The notes under the pieces: generated by a model
What the model was told of the DNA's origin: nothing
The model's database searches: none
The model's input: only the letters and a program-made list of their open reading frames with translations
In this document: in pieces, positions 1-10,617 of the stretch
How the letters are laid out: every line of letters begins with the position of its first letter
Position numbering within the stretch: position 1 is the first letter of the stretch
From: an uncultured Nitrososphaerota archaeon
GTDB lineage: Archaea > Thermoproteota > Nitrososphaeria > Nitrososphaerales > Gagatemarchaeaceae
DNA length: 64,000 bases
Assembly: GCA_963718895.1 (NCBI GenBank)
Contig: CAVRAG010000008.1
Coordinates: 416,001 to 480,000 of the forward strand
Reading direction: 5' to 3'
Position numbers and translations under genes: made by a program

Positions 1-887
1 GAGTTACTGCGAGATCGCCAAGGCCAACAGGAGCGTGATAACTCTGACAGAGCTGCGTCAGCTCACGGAGGCCGATGTAACCGAGGAGGACTTTCTTGCC
101 GCCTGGGACGGGAACGCGACCCTGACATCGAGGTACCTGGTCGAGTCTGGCTACATACTGGAGAAGGGGGAAGGACAAGAGAGGCCCCGCCGGGAGGGTT
201 GATGCCGAAGAGAGGAACAGGAAGAGGGCGAGGCTCAACATCACCGCCGCAGAGGAGTTCGCACGCATCTGCGTCGACGACCGTGTCAAGCTCCTCGCCG
301 TGGCCGGGGGCAACTCGTACAAGAGAGCAAGACATGGCGACGACATCGACCTCTTCTGCGTCACGACTCAGAACTCCCTCTGGCTCTTCATGCTGAAGTC
401 TCTCCTGCTCGCCCGAATCTACCAGCTCACGAGGAGGTCGCCACCGTTCTGCTTCAGCTACGTGATGGACGAGGGCATGGCGCACAGCGAGTTCACGAGG
501 TCCGGAGACCGTCTCTTCGCCCGTGACGCGCTCGCGGCGAACGTGATGGTCGGGGAGGGGTTCTACCGTTCTCTTCTGCGCGAAGGCAGGTGGATGGAGC
601 GATTCTTCCCGAGGATGTACAATCGAAGCTTCACGGAAGGCGACGTTACCGCTCCGCTGGGAGGCGAGCGCCACGGCAGCCGCGCTCTCAACGGTCTGCT
701 CTTTCTCACCGTGGGGACGTATGTCCGGATGAAAGCGCACCTGCTCAACCGGAGGTATCGCGCGAAGGGGAACACCTCCGCACTCTTTCGTGTCAGGATA
801 GGCATCGACCACTGCATCTACGAGTCGAACAGGTACCACATGCTCAGGGGGATGTACAACGGGGTCGGAGCTGAGAGGGGAAGGTGA
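1..887 (+). CDS. Pol-beta-superfamily nucleotidyltransferase-like protein (5' partial, frameshift near 195)
   Basis: Reading upstream of ORF 300 gives ...KLLAVAGGNSYKRARHGDDIDLFCVT, matching the hG[GS]x9-13DhD NTase motif. An open frame continues to the window start after a frame change. Confidence 0.55.
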
Positions 888-2133
888 CTTTCCTGGAGGG
901 CGAGACCCTCGCTCCCGTGGCTGGAAGCCTGATCAAGGTCATCTCTCGAGGCAGGACAACAGGGCTCCCCCACATCGTGACCGTGAGGTTCGTCTACCAC
1001 GAAGGGGCGTTCTACCTGCTGGGCGGCAGGTCTGGGGCCGACTGGGTGAGGAACTCGCTTGCAGCAGGGACCGTCAAGCTCCGGCTCGGCGAGGTGATGT
1101 ACGAGGCATCCGCGACGGTCGCGGGTTCTCAAGAACGGTCGGACACCCTTGATCGGTTCTCGAAGAAGTACGGGAGCGGGATGGTCAACGGATGGTACGC
1201 CTCAGCAGAGATCTGCCTGAAACTCTCTCCTTCCGGGCTCCCGACCCGCAGAGGAGCGGTGACCGGTGAGGCGGGCGTGAAGACGTCGTTCTCCGATTGG
1301 AATCAGTCGGGCCGGGGATACTACGGAGAGGTCGCAGAGGCGTTCGACTCCGCATCGGAGGAGTACGACTACACGATCAAGAACAACTTCATCAACATGT
1401 GGATCAGAGAGCGGTCGATACAGGAGCTGCTGGCGCACGCGACCCCCAACGACGTCCTCCTCGAGGTCGGGTGCGGCACCGGGGCGGAGGCGATCGAGAT
1501 ATCGCGGCACGTCGCGGGCGTCGTGGCCACAGACATCTCCCCAGGCATGATAGCGCTGCTCCGAAGGAAGATTGAAGCAAAGGGGGTAAGCAATAGGGTA
1601 TCGGCCCTGCAGCTAGGCGCGGGGAAATCGGCAGGGCGTCGCAGAGTCTACCGGGGGGCAGGACCCGCCTGGCATACTCCTTCAACGGAGCTCTGAACTG
1701 TGAGCCTTCGATCGACCGGTTCCCGTCCGAGCTCGCCAACGTGGTCGAGGATGGCGGTTACTTCGTCTGCTCAATCAGGAACACGCTCTGCCTCTCCGAG
1801 GCGCTCATCCACGGACTCTTCCTCCAGTTCGACCGGATGGCCCCGAGGAAGAGACAGCCGATAATGGTCTCGGTCGGCGGGCAGGACATCCCCTCGTACT
1901 ACTACCCGCCCTCGAAGTTCGTGCGCTTCTTCGTTCCCCAATTCAGGGTCAGGAAGACGATCGGCCTCCCCGCCATCCTCCCGCCCGCCTACCTTAGCGA
2001 CGCCTACTTCAGGGCAAGGCGCGTCCTTGCCTTCGCCGAGAGGGTCGAGCGCGTCGCCGCCGGAACGTTTCCCTTCAACCAGTTCGGAGATCAGACCCTG
2101 TTCGTCTTCCAAAAGAACCCGAGCGTGAGCTAG
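884..2133 (+). CDS. Deazaflavin-dependent nitroreductase (DDN/F420 split-barrel)-like domain fused to class I SAM methyltransferase (frameshift ~1620)
   Basis: N-terminal GRTTGLPHIVTVRF...GADWVRN resembles the DDN family; LLEVGCGTG is SAM motif I; ORF 1741-2133 continues the methyltransferase fold. Confidence 0.7.
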
Positions 2134-2248
2134 TTCGCGAAAGAAGACCGGGGCGAGCGTTCTCCCTCTCGTCCTCTCGCTCCTGATTCTGATCTGGGTT
2201 CGTCCGACTGCCGCGACGCCGACAACCCAGGTCACGCCAATCAATCAC

Positions 2249-3511
2249 GTGATAGTCATCGTCCAGGAGAACCATTCATTTGACAACTACTTTGGCACCT
2301 ATCCCACTGCGAACGGCTCTTTGGTGGACCCGATCACCTCGGAGCTCGGAAGCGTCGTCGGCCTCCCAGACAACGTCTGCCTCCCTCTGAACGAGACCTG
2401 CGTGCGCCCGCAGTTGAGCTACGCCTCGAATTCGACGAACCCGGTCGAAGGTCAGGGACAGTATGTGGACGACTACGCAGGAGGAGCGAGAGGCTTCGCC
2501 GAATCTTCAGGGCAACAGTCGATGACCTACTTCGACTACCACACGGTGGCGAACTACTGGGACTACGCTGAAGAATACGGCCTCGGGGACAACTACTTCG
2601 CCGCAGTCCTGAGCGAGACGACACCCAACCGGCTCATGATGCTGAGCGGAGACACCCCGGTCTCGGCGAACTACGGACCCCCTCCGTACCTGCCGTACGC
2701 TGACACCTTGATGAGCCAGCTCGATGCAGCGAGCGTGAGCTGGGGATACTACGACTTCCTCAACGCAAGTGTGGGGCCTTCCGCGTTCTATCCGCTGAAC
2801 TACGTGTCTGGGATCCCGCTCCAGTCGCTCAGAGACGTTCGCAACGTATCTAGTCTTTACTCAGAGCTGGCCAGCGGAAGCGGCCTCCCTGACGTGAGCT
2901 TCGTCAGTTCATTGGGCAGGCCTGCGCTCTCAGAGCACCCGCCCTTCGACATAGGCAAGGGAGAGGCCTGGGTCGCCTCAATCGTGAACAGCGTGATGGA
3001 CAGCGCGTACTGGAGCACGACAGCCGTCTTCCTGACCTGGGACGAGGGCGGAGGGTTCTACGACAACGTCGTCCCACCTCAGGAATACACCGTAGACCAC
3101 GGATTCAGCAGCGCGCTGCTCGGCCTTGGCCAGAGGGTTCCGCTCATCGTCATCTCCCCGTTCAGCAAGGAGGGCTATGTCTCGGCCACCCTCCTGAGCC
3201 ACCTGTCCCTCCTCCACTTCATCGAGTACAACTGGGAGATCCCCCCGCTAAACGCCGACGTCTCTGCCGCAGCGCTCCCCCTCGACTTCTTCAACTTCTC
3301 CCAGCCTCCGCGGGCGCCCATGCAAATCCCGTCGGATCCGAACTATCCGCTCCCACTCCAGGTCCCTCTTGGAGAGGCGCGCGCTTCTGCCGCCCCGGTG
3401 GAGCGGCAACTCGACGTCGAGTCGGGCGTCGCGCTGGTGGTGCTGGCGGTAACGGTCCTTGTCATTTGGGAACTGGGCCCGCGGCGAAAGAAGCGCCTCT
3501 CGCGTACCTGA
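2249..3511 (+). CDS. Secreted, membrane-anchored phosphoesterase (phospholipase C/acid phosphatase family)
   Basis: VIVQENHSFDNYFG, TTPNR, TWDEGGGFYD and LGQRVP motifs plus a C-terminal TM. The frame is open back to 2129 and encodes a signal-peptide-like stretch, but has no canonical start. Confidence 0.85.
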   Translation: MIVIVQENHSFDNYFGTYPTANGSLVDPITSELGSVVGLPDNVCLPLNETCVRPQLSYASNSTNPVEGQGQYVDDYAGGARGFAESSGQQSMTYFDYHTVANYWDYAEEYGLGDNYFAAVLSETTPNRLMMLSGDTPVSANYGPPPYLPYADTLMSQLDAASVSWGYYDFLNASVGPSAFYPLNYVSGIPLQSLRDVRNVSSLYSELASGSGLPDVSFVSSLGRPALSEHPPFDIGKGEAWVASIVNSVMDSAYWSTTAVFLTWDEGGGFYDNVVPPQEYTVDHGFSSALLGLGQRVPLIVISPFSKEGYVSATLLSHLSLLHFIEYNWEIPPLNADVSAAALPLDFFNFSQPPRAPMQIPSDPNYPLPLQVPLGEARASAAPVERQLDVESGVALVVLAVTVLVIWELGPRRKKRLSRT

Positions 3512-4493
3512 GCCGGTACGCGATCACCACTACGACGACCGTTGCGGCGACCGCCGCCGCGCCCAGAACGAAGGGCACCGGAGAGGGCGAGACAGGCGCG
3601 TTCTGGGTCATCACCCTGAAGGACCAGAGCGTGGTGTTCCACCTGAAGTTGTATCCCTCCACGTTGAGATAGACGTAGGAGATGACAGGAGCAGGGCTGG
3701 ATGAGGAGAGACCCAGGGCAGCGAGCGTGTCGACGAGATACTTCGAAAGGTTGAGGGATACCGTCACGTTCCCTCCGCTGGAGATCTGCACTGGGTGGTA
3801 GACCACGACGTCGGGTTCGACCATACGTTCCGTTCCGACGGCCGAGGGCGAGAGCCCGCTCGAACTGTTCCTATCCATCCAGAGGTTCACCACCGTGTAT
3901 ACCAGGTTCCCCTGAACGCCCGGGACATACTGGGTCGCCGCTATCCCAATCGCAGCCCACTCGTTCGACTGGTTGAGGAGGGACGGGACGGCCCAGTCCA
4001 GGGAGAACTGGACCGTCCAGTTCCAGTCGGTCCTCAAACCGACGTCGGCAGGCGCCTTGAAGTCCGACGTGTAGTTCTCCAGGTTCACGCCGGGTGGACC
4101 GAACCCGGCCTTAACGTAGTAGTAGTCCCCCCAGGACGGCTCCCTGAACTGCTGCGTGTGGGCCACCTCCACGAAGTTGCAGCACTGGGGACCGACCGCC
4201 AGGTGCGGAAGACCGTCTTCGTCGTGGGACCAGGGACCGATCCAGTATCCGATCCGGCCGAATCCCTCTCCCGACACCCAGGAGATCGAGGTCTGGGTGA
4301 GACCCGCCTGAAATCCAGGGATGAAGTTGGCGTCGTAGATCTCGTTGTTTGCGCTAGAGTTGAGGTTGGGGTCGAAGTTTGCTACGTGATAGCCGGGAGG
4401 GGTCAAGTTCGAGGCGCCGGGCTCGAAGGTGACGGTGAGACCCGCGGAGAGGAGGAGCACTAGCGCCAGGACCGTCGCAGCGGTGGTCGTCAC
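3462..4493 (-). CDS. Secreted beta-rich protein with C-terminal membrane anchor
   Basis: GTG at 4493 overlaps the upstream stop; signal peptide TVLALVLLLSAG; C-terminal TM followed by basic residues. Confidence 0.6.
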   Translation of the reverse strand: MTTTAATVLALVLLLSAGLTVTFEPGASNLTPPGYHVANFDPNLNSSANNEIYDANFIPGFQAGLTQTSISWVSGEGFGRIGYWIGPWSHDEDGLPHLAVGPQCCNFVEVAHTQQFREPSWGDYYYVKAGFGPPGVNLENYTSDFKAPADVGLRTDWNWTVQFSLDWAVPSLLNQSNEWAAIGIAATQYVPGVQGNLVYTVVNLWMDRNSSSGLSPSAVGTERMVEPDVVVYHPVQISSGGNVTVSLNLSKYLVDTLAALGLSSSSPAPVISYVYLNVEGYNFRWNTTLWSFRVMTQNAPVSPSPVPFVLGAAAVAATVVVVVIAYRLRYARGASFAAGPVPK

Positions 4494-5179
4494 TTTCTCT
4501 CCAGGCTCTGGATTGTCAGCTTCATCGAACCAGCAGTGTAAGAGGACCCCTGGAGCCCGTAGATGAAGGCATGAGAGAGGCTGGCCCAGCCGATGGGAAA
4601 GTCCGAGACAACCTCGACACTGCCGATGAACACTGATAGGTTCCCGTTGGGCCTGGGGGCTATCTGCGGGTTCACGACAGACGCGGGACCAAAGTCCACG
4701 AACCGCAACGTCAGGTTCTGCCCGGCCAGCGGGGGGAAGGACGAGTTGAAGAGGACCATCCCGAAGGTCTTGTTCCAGTCCTGTGCGTAGTACTCTATCC
4801 TCAGCAGCCCGTCGGCTCGCTCCTGTATGATTATCGTCGGTATCGAGAGGTTCTCGGCCTTGAAGGTAGGGGCCAGCGCTATCTGCGCCTCGGTCGTGGA
4901 GGACTTCGCGGGGGCGACGAGCGAACTCTGAATCGTGACGACCCACGAGTAGTTGTAGGTCGGTCGAAGCTGCTGGTTGGTGTCGTTGATTATCGGCTGG
5001 TTGAAGAGGTCATAGGGAAGAGAGAAGGTCTGGGAGACCCCGGGCACATAGGTCGCGCCGCTTCCCGAGCCTGCGGCACCGCTGAGATACGGAGAAGCGA
5101 TTATAGCGGACTCCACGACTACTATGACCGAGAGGACAACGAGAATCACCTTGAGGCTATTCAAGAGGCCGCTCGTCAC
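4490..5179 (-). CDS. Membrane-anchored extracellular hypothetical protein
   Basis: N-terminal TM (LKVILVVLSVIVVV) then a beta-rich domain with N-x-S/T sequons. Confidence 0.6.
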   Translation of the reverse strand: MTSGLLNSLKVILVVLSVIVVVESAIIASPYLSGAAGSGSGATYVPGVSQTFSLPYDLFNQPIINDTNQQLRPTYNYSWVVTIQSSLVAPAKSSTTEAQIALAPTFKAENLSIPTIIIQERADGLLRIEYYAQDWNKTFGMVLFNSSFPPLAGQNLTLRFVDFGPASVVNPQIAPRPNGNLSVFIGSVEVVSDFPIGWASLSHAFIYGLQGSSYTAGSMKLTIQSLERK

Positions 5180-5339
5180 GAAGATGTGGAGCCCGGGTAT
5201 TTCGGCTTTGTTCCAGATGGCTCCGCGTCCGTTCGCGGCCCCTGTCCTCACACGGGAGACGCGGCCGACAAGGTGACCTCACCGCAGGTCCCCTCCCACC
5301 GAAGAGGTTGATGGGGCAATCAGGGCCAGATACATCCTA

Positions 5340-6595
5340 GTGATCGGCCTTCTCGCGAGGGAGGTCTTCTCGTTCTGGACGGGCCACCCGTTCGACTTTG
5401 AACTCTGGGTAAGGACGGGATTCTGGGTCACGCACGGGCTCAGCCCCTACGGAGTACTGCCCCCAGCGCCGTGGTCTTTCGCTTCCATCTACTCGCCTGC
5501 GAGCGAGTCCACGATAGGTTACCTCCCATTCTGGCCCGTCCTGCTCGGGGGATCTATGAGATCTATGCCTTCATCGGGATTCAGAACCAGTACGTCTACT
5601 ACTTCCTGCTAAAGCAGCCCGTGATACTCGGGGATGTCCTCCTCGGATACCTGATTTTCAGGTTCGTCAAATCGAACCGACCAGAAGCCACGAACGCGGT
5701 CTTGGCCTTGTGGTTGCTATCACCCTACACCATAGTCATCTCGAGCATCTGGGGCATGTTTGACTCGCTGGCGATGGCCCCGGTCGTCGCGGCCCTGCTC
5801 ACGCAGAGACCGGCGTACAGGTCCAGCCTGGAAGGGATTGCGATATGGATCAAGTCAATCCCGCTGATCTACGCCGTCCCATTCGCCCTCTCGGGACCCC
5901 GGAAGCTCAGGAACCTGGCCATCTCGATCGCAGTCCCTGCAGCGGGCAGCGTGGGAATCATCCTGATCGCCGGATGGCCAGTTATGACCGCGGTCGCTAC
6001 GCTGAACAGCACAGTGACGAAGGGAGGTCAGTCGCTCTCTCTCCTTGGGGTCTTCTTCTACCTGATACAGTTCAACGCCGTGGGTGGATGGCAGCCGGCC
6101 GTCCTCACGCTTCTCGGTTACCTTTGGATTCCCGCCGAGATAGTCACATTCTGGTTGGCGCACAGGTGGCACGGCTTCTCCACGTCAAAGGGTCTCGTGC
6201 AATCCCTCATTCTGTGCACAATCACCTTCATGATCTTCAAAGCACAGGTGAACGAACAGTACGCGGTTTACCTTCTCGCGCTGACTCTCATCGACGTGGC
6301 AATCTGGAACCCTGGTAGGAAGTGGCTCTACGTCTCGATAACTATCGCTGTGATGACGTTCCTGATCCTGAACAACGTATTCCTCGTGAGGTTCACCGCT
6401 CCCGTAAACCCTGGATGGAGCTCCACCGAGAACGCCCTCATCGCAATGCTGGGCGTGGCGCGGCCAGCCATCCAGCAGGCGAGTTCTTTGGCCTTCGTGG
6501 CGCTGAACGTAATCTACTTCGGGCTGATATTCCGCGGGAGGAGGGCAGGGCCAGCGCCAATCTACTCTCCCCTTGCCGGTGAGAAGCCCGAATAG
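5340..6595 (+). CDS. GT-C fold polytopic glycosyltransferase (GT87/PIG-M-like), frameshift ~5550
   Basis: GHPFD loop, YLPFWP, LLKQPVILGD, WGMFDS and NEQY motifs with about 10 TM segments, split over ORFs 5340 and 5471. Confidence 0.7.
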
Positions 6596-7387
6596 ATGTC
6601 GCTTCTGGTGTGCTCGAGGCTCGGGAGGAGCTTCCTGACGCGGCAGGATTCGATCGGTGTCTATCTCGGCGATCGTTAGGCCCTCCTCCTCGCCGGCGTC
6701 GCAGACCGAGACGCCGAAGGGGTCCACGACAAGACTCCTACCTGTGAAGATGCGTCCCGTCTGAGAGGCAACCGCCACAAAGACTGTGTTCTCGAGGGCT
6801 CTGGCCTTCGCGAGGACGTGGAGGTGCTCCTCCTTCATCCGTCCTCCCAGCCAGGCGGTGGGGACCACGATCAGCTCCGCGCCCTGGAAGGCTAGGATGC
6901 GGGCCATCTCTGGGAAGCGCAGCTCGTAGCAGGTCATCATCCCCATCTTCGCCAGTCTGGTCTTGAAGACGCCTTCGAGCCTCGAGGCAGGCTCGAACCT
7001 GCTCGACTCCTTGTAGCCGAAGGAGTCGAAGAGCTGGAGTTTCCTGTGGGTGGAGATCACCTTCCCCTCCGGTCCGATCATGACCACCGTGTTGTACACC
7101 CTGTCCTTCCTCTCCGACGTCTCCAGGATGCCCACCGCGACGTGCGTTCTCGTCCTTCTGGCCTCGGCGGCGAGGCCCCTGACGAACTCTCCGTCGATGT
7201 CTTCGGCGACTCCGACAAACCTGGCGGGCGGCGCGTCGATCGGCGCGTAGGCCATGAACTGCTCGGGGAGGACGACTAGGTCTGCACCCCCTTTGGAGGA
7301 GGCGCGGATGAGCTCCTTCCCCCTGGCAAGATTCTCTCCCTTGTCCTCTGACGCCGAGACCTGCGCGAGCGCGATCTTGAACCTCAT
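6562..7387 (-). CDS. Carbon-nitrogen hydrolase (Nit family), frameshift near the 3' end
   Basis: MRFKIALAQ start; catalytic triad E (LPEQF), K (HRKLQLFD), C (TCYELRFPE); the corrected C-terminus reads RVRKLLPSLEHTRSDIY. Confidence 0.85.
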
Positions 7388-7439
7388 CGACTGCGCGAAA
7401 CTCCTGAGCCGATATAAGGGTGAGAGGAGTTGTGGACGA

Positions 7440-10103
7440 TCAGTTCTTGGTCGTGTCCAGCAGGGCAATCCTCGCGGCCGCGAGCCTTGCCACCGGGATC
7501 CTGAATGCTGACGCCGAGACGTAGTCGAGCCCGGCCCTGTGGCAGAGATAGATCGAGCGCGGGTCGCCCCCGTGCTCTCCGCATATCCCGACCTCGAGGT
7601 CCGGCCTCGCCTTCCTGCCCGACTCGACCGCCATGCGGATCAGGCTCCCGACGCCCTTCTCGTCAAGTGTCTCGAACGGGTTGTCGGCGAGGACACCCCT
7701 CTCAAGGTAGAATGGGAGGAACTTGGCCTCGGCGTCCTCCCTGCTGAAGCTGAACGTGGCCTGGCTGAGATCGTTTGTGCCGAATGAGAAGAACTCCGCG
7801 TACTTTGCGATCTCGTCGGCGTCGAGGGTGGCCCGGACGGTCTCGATCATCGTGCCGAACTTCACGTCCAGCTTGACGTCCATCTCCTTCTCCACCCGGG
7901 CGCGTATCCTTTCGAACTGCTCCCTGACGAGTTTTACCTCCTGGTAGGCTGCGACCTGAGGCGTCATTATCTTGGGCTTGACGTTGACGCCCTCCTTGAC
8001 GAGCTCCGCCGTGGCCTCCATCACCGCGGTCATCTGCATGTCGTAGATCTCAGGATGTGTGAGCCCGAGCCGTACCCCTCTGTGACCGAGCATGGGGTTC
8101 GCCTCCGAGAGCTGCCTAGCCTTGTCGAGCATCCTCTTCGCCTCCATGAGCTGCTTCTCGTCTCCGTACCTCTCGAGCTTCTTGACCTGCTCGAGCAGGT
8201 CTTCGAATCTTGGGAGGAACTCGTGCAGAGGCGGGTCGAGGAGCCTGATTATAACCGGGAGGTCGTGCATCTCCTTCAGGATCCTCTTGATGTCGTCCTT
8301 CTGGAGGGGCCTGAGCTTCTCGAGGAAGGACCTCCTCTCCGCCTCGGTAGAGGCCATGATCATCGAGACGACGAGTGGTAGCCTCTCCTCGGCGTTGAAC
8401 ATTCTCTCTGTCCTGGCAAGCCCTATGCCCTCCGCGCCCATCTTGCGGGCCCTCGCCGCCGCCTCGGGAGTGTCAGCATTCGCCCAGACCCCGAGCCTCT
8501 TGGTCTCGTCGGCCCAGGTGAGCAACTCGAAGACCTCGTCCTTGAGCTCAGGCTGCAGAAGGGGGACGATGCCCGGGTAGACGTTGCCGGTCGAGCCGTC
8601 TATGGTGATGGTCTCGCCCTGGGTTATCGTCGTCCCGTCGACCCTGAGGAGACGGCTCTGCGCGTAGATGCTGAGCGACGAGCATCCGACTATGCAGGGC
8701 TTGCCTATGCCTCGGGCCACGACGGCGGCGTGCGAAGTCTTCCCTCCCCTGCTTGTCAGTATGCCCTGGGCTGCGAAGAACCCGTGGACGTCCTCCGGCT
8801 TCGTCTCCTCCCTGACTAGTATCACCTTCTCCCCGTTCTTGGTCCACTCGACGGCGGTGTCCGCATCGAAGACGACCTTGCCCGCGGCGGCTCCCGGGGC
8901 CGCGGGCACCCCCACGGCCACAGGGGCAATCCTGTTGCCGGCGTCGACCCTGGGGTGCAGGAGCTGCTCGAGCTGTTCTGGGGATATCCGAAGCAGCGCC
9001 TCGCGTTTCGAGATCACGCCCTCGTGGACCATGTCGACCGACGCCCTCACGGCGCCCATGGGGCCCATCTTGGCTGCCCTCGTCTGAAGGAGGAACAGCT
9101 TCTTCCGCTCTATGGTGAATTCGATGTCCTGGGGCTCACGGTAGTGACCCTCGAGCTTCTGGGATATCTTCTCGAGGTCAGAGAAGACCTCGGGCATCTC
9201 GTCCCTGAGGTCCGAGATCGGCTTCGGCGTCCTGATGCCGGCGACCACGTCCTCGCCCTGTGCGTTGGTGAGATAGTCGCCGTAGAGTCCGGGACTCCCG
9301 GTCGACGGGTCCCTGGTGAAGAGCACGCCGGTGGCGCTGTCGGCCCCCAGATTGCCGAAGACCATGGTGACAATCGTGACAGCGGTCCCTTTGGCGAGGT
9401 CTGGAGTGATCCGGTACTGCTTCCGGTACTCGATCGCCCTCTTCCCGTTCCAGCTCTTGAAGACCGCCACTATCGCAAGCTCCAGCTGCCGGGAGGGCTC
9501 CTGGGGCAACGGCTTCCCCTCTCTGCGCAGGAGGTCCTTGTATGCCTCCGCGACCCGCACTACGGAATCGGCGTCGAGGTCGCTGTCCTGCGCGGCGCCC
9601 CTCCGTCTCTTCTCGCCGTCCAGTAGTTTCGAGAACTCTTCCTCATCGACATCGAGGACTATCTTCCCGAAGAGCTGAATGAATCGTCGGTAGGTGTCGT
9701 AGGCGAACCGCCGGTCCCCGGTCATTCCCGCCAGTCCCTCGACGACCGCGTCGTTCAGGCCGAGGTTGAGGATGGTGTCCATCATGCCCGGCATGGAGAC
9801 GGGGGATCCCGAGCGCACCGAGATCAGGAGGGGGTCGCCCGCGTCCCCGAACTTCTTCCCAGTGCGCTCCTCGAGTGAGGCCATGGCCGCGTGAACCGAG
9901 CCCATCAGTCCAGTGGGAAGCGACTGACCGTTGCGGTAGAACTCCTCGCAGACGTTCGTCGTAATGACGAAGCCAGGGGGGATTGGAAGCCCCATCGAGG
10001 TCATTTCGCAGAGTCCCGCTCCCTTGCCTCCGAGCAGCTTCCGGTCGGTCACGCCCTCGTCGAAGAAGTAAAGCCACTTGAGCTGAGAGTTGGCCATCTG
10101 CAT
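7440..10103 (-). CDS. ppdK: Pyruvate phosphate dikinase
   Basis: LGGKGAGL, SVRSGS..SMPGMMDT, GGKTSHAAVVARG (phospho-His), FSFGTNDL and ICGEHGGDP motifs. Confidence 0.97.
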   Translation of the reverse strand: MQMANSQLKWLYFFDEGVTDRKLLGGKGAGLCEMTSMGLPIPPGFVITTNVCEEFYRNGQSLPTGLMGSVHAAMASLEERTGKKFGDAGDPLLISVRSGSPVSMPGMMDTILNLGLNDAVVEGLAGMTGDRRFAYDTYRRFIQLFGKIVLDVDEEEFSKLLDGEKRRRGAAQDSDLDADSVVRVAEAYKDLLRREGKPLPQEPSRQLELAIVAVFKSWNGKRAIEYRKQYRITPDLAKGTAVTIVTMVFGNLGADSATGVLFTRDPSTGSPGLYGDYLTNAQGEDVVAGIRTPKPISDLRDEMPEVFSDLEKISQKLEGHYREPQDIEFTIERKKLFLLQTRAAKMGPMGAVRASVDMVHEGVISKREALLRISPEQLEQLLHPRVDAGNRIAPVAVGVPAAPGAAAGKVVFDADTAVEWTKNGEKVILVREETKPEDVHGFFAAQGILTSRGGKTSHAAVVARGIGKPCIVGCSSLSIYAQSRLLRVDGTTITQGETITIDGSTGNVYPGIVPLLQPELKDEVFELLTWADETKRLGVWANADTPEAAARARKMGAEGIGLARTERMFNAEERLPLVVSMIMASTEAERRSFLEKLRPLQKDDIKRILKEMHDLPVIIRLLDPPLHEFLPRFEDLLEQVKKLERYGDEKQLMEAKRMLDKARQLSEANPMLGHRGVRLGLTHPEIYDMQMTAVMEATAELVKEGVNVKPKIMTPQVAAYQEVKLVREQFERIRARVEKEMDVKLDVKFGTMIETVRATLDADEIAKYAEFFSFGTNDLSQATFSFSREDAEAKFLPFYLERGVLADNPFETLDEKGVGSLIRMAVESGRKARPDLEVGICGEHGGDPRSIYLCHRAGLDYVSASAFRIPVARLAAARIALLDTTKN

Positions 10104-10166
10104 GAACTCGCCCGTCTCCTCATTCGTTATAAACGTGAAGCAAGACTGTTCCCGAGCCTAGAGGGA

Positions 10167-10574
10167 TTACCTCGTCGCCGGTCCGGACCGAAGACCGAAG
10201 ATGAGAAGCGCCTCGTCCAGAGCAGGGACCTTGCGGAACCGTCCCAGGGCGCGCGGTGTCTCCCACCGACACTCAGAGTGCTCAGAGACGAGCACTCGGC
10301 CAGACCGAGAGCTCAGAAGGAATGGGACCGCGATGGACCGTCCGTACCCGTCCGTGTACTCGATCAACCTCCCCGGCCTGACCAGCTCGACTGAGAGGCC
10401 CGACTCCTCCAAGGCTTCCCTTCTCATGCAAGCCTCCGCTGACTCGCCGGCCTCGAAATGCCCTCCAAGGCAGTCCCAGAGACCCGGGTACGTGTCGTCG
10501 TCCATCTTCCGCTTGAGTATGAGGACCTTGCCCCCGCGGACGAGCACTCCGGCCGTGAAAACCCGCGTCTTCAT
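10167..10574 (-). CDS. NUDIX hydrolase (MutT-like)
   Basis: Nudix box GGHFEAGESAEACMRREALEESG. Confidence 0.9.
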   Translation of the reverse strand: MKTRVFTAGVLVRGGKVLILKRKMDDDTYPGLWDCLGGHFEAGESAEACMRREALEESGLSVELVRPGRLIEYTDGYGRSIAVPFLLSSRSGRVLVSEHSECRWETPRALGRFRKVPALDEALLIFGLRSGPATR

Positions 10575-10617
10575 CCTGTCTTCGGCCGGACTCCCGGGAC
10601 TATTGAAGCCAGCGGAA

